Source: Mobula hypostoma
Taxonomy: Eukaryota
Length of the DNA stretch: 64,000 bases
Assembly (NCBI RefSeq): GCF_963921235.1
Contig: NC_086097.1
Coordinates: forward strand, 25,980,001-26,044,000
Direction: 5' to 3'
Shown here: positions 63,969-64,000 of the stretch, in pieces
Layout: each line of letters opens with the position of its first letter
Numbering within the stretch: position 1 is the stretch's first letter
Translations under genes and position numbers: made by a program
Notes under the pieces: generated by a model
The model's database searches: none
What the model was told of the DNA's origin: nothing
What the model saw: only the letters and a program-made list of their open reading frames with translations

Positions 63969-64000
63969 TATTTTGTACTGAATTAATCAGTGGGAAATAC

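Noticed and set aside
1..64000. CRISPR arrays, rRNA or bona fide tRNA genes, prokaryotic systems
   Set aside because: No regularly spaced repeat-spacer arrays. The tRNA-like boxes all belong to SINE heads, and the sequence is intron-containing vertebrate DNA.

Overview
Vertebrate nuclear DNA. The repeat landscape (many CR1, Rex1/Babar, V-SINE and Penelope-like elements) suggests a cartilaginous fish, probably a ray; this is an inference. The only host gene I can support is the 3' part of STON2 (stonin-2) on the minus strand. It has three coding exons (54381-52069, 37581-37379, 36060-35977) with GT-AG sites and matching phases. I did not find its 5' exons in the window. Most of the rest is transposon debris, often nested: two young CR1 LINEs (one with an almost intact ORF2), a near-complete Crack/L2-group-like LINE, Rex1-type LINEs, a Penelope-like element with a 10-bp TSD, hAT/Tc1/Tigger relics and SINEs. 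The most interesting signals are: (i) repeated minimal hammerhead-ribozyme motifs in Penelope termini, including palindromic ~180-bp mini-elements, one with an 11-bp TSD; (ii) two possible STON2 C-termini, spliced -CAQQ (CaaX-like) and intron-read-through -SKL (PTS1-like); (iii) a ~7-unit repeat expansion in the STON2 linker; (iv) a candidate 18-nt microexon. No prokaryotic-type system is present. TE boundaries are approximate unless a TSD is given, and family names come from motif recognition, not database searches.
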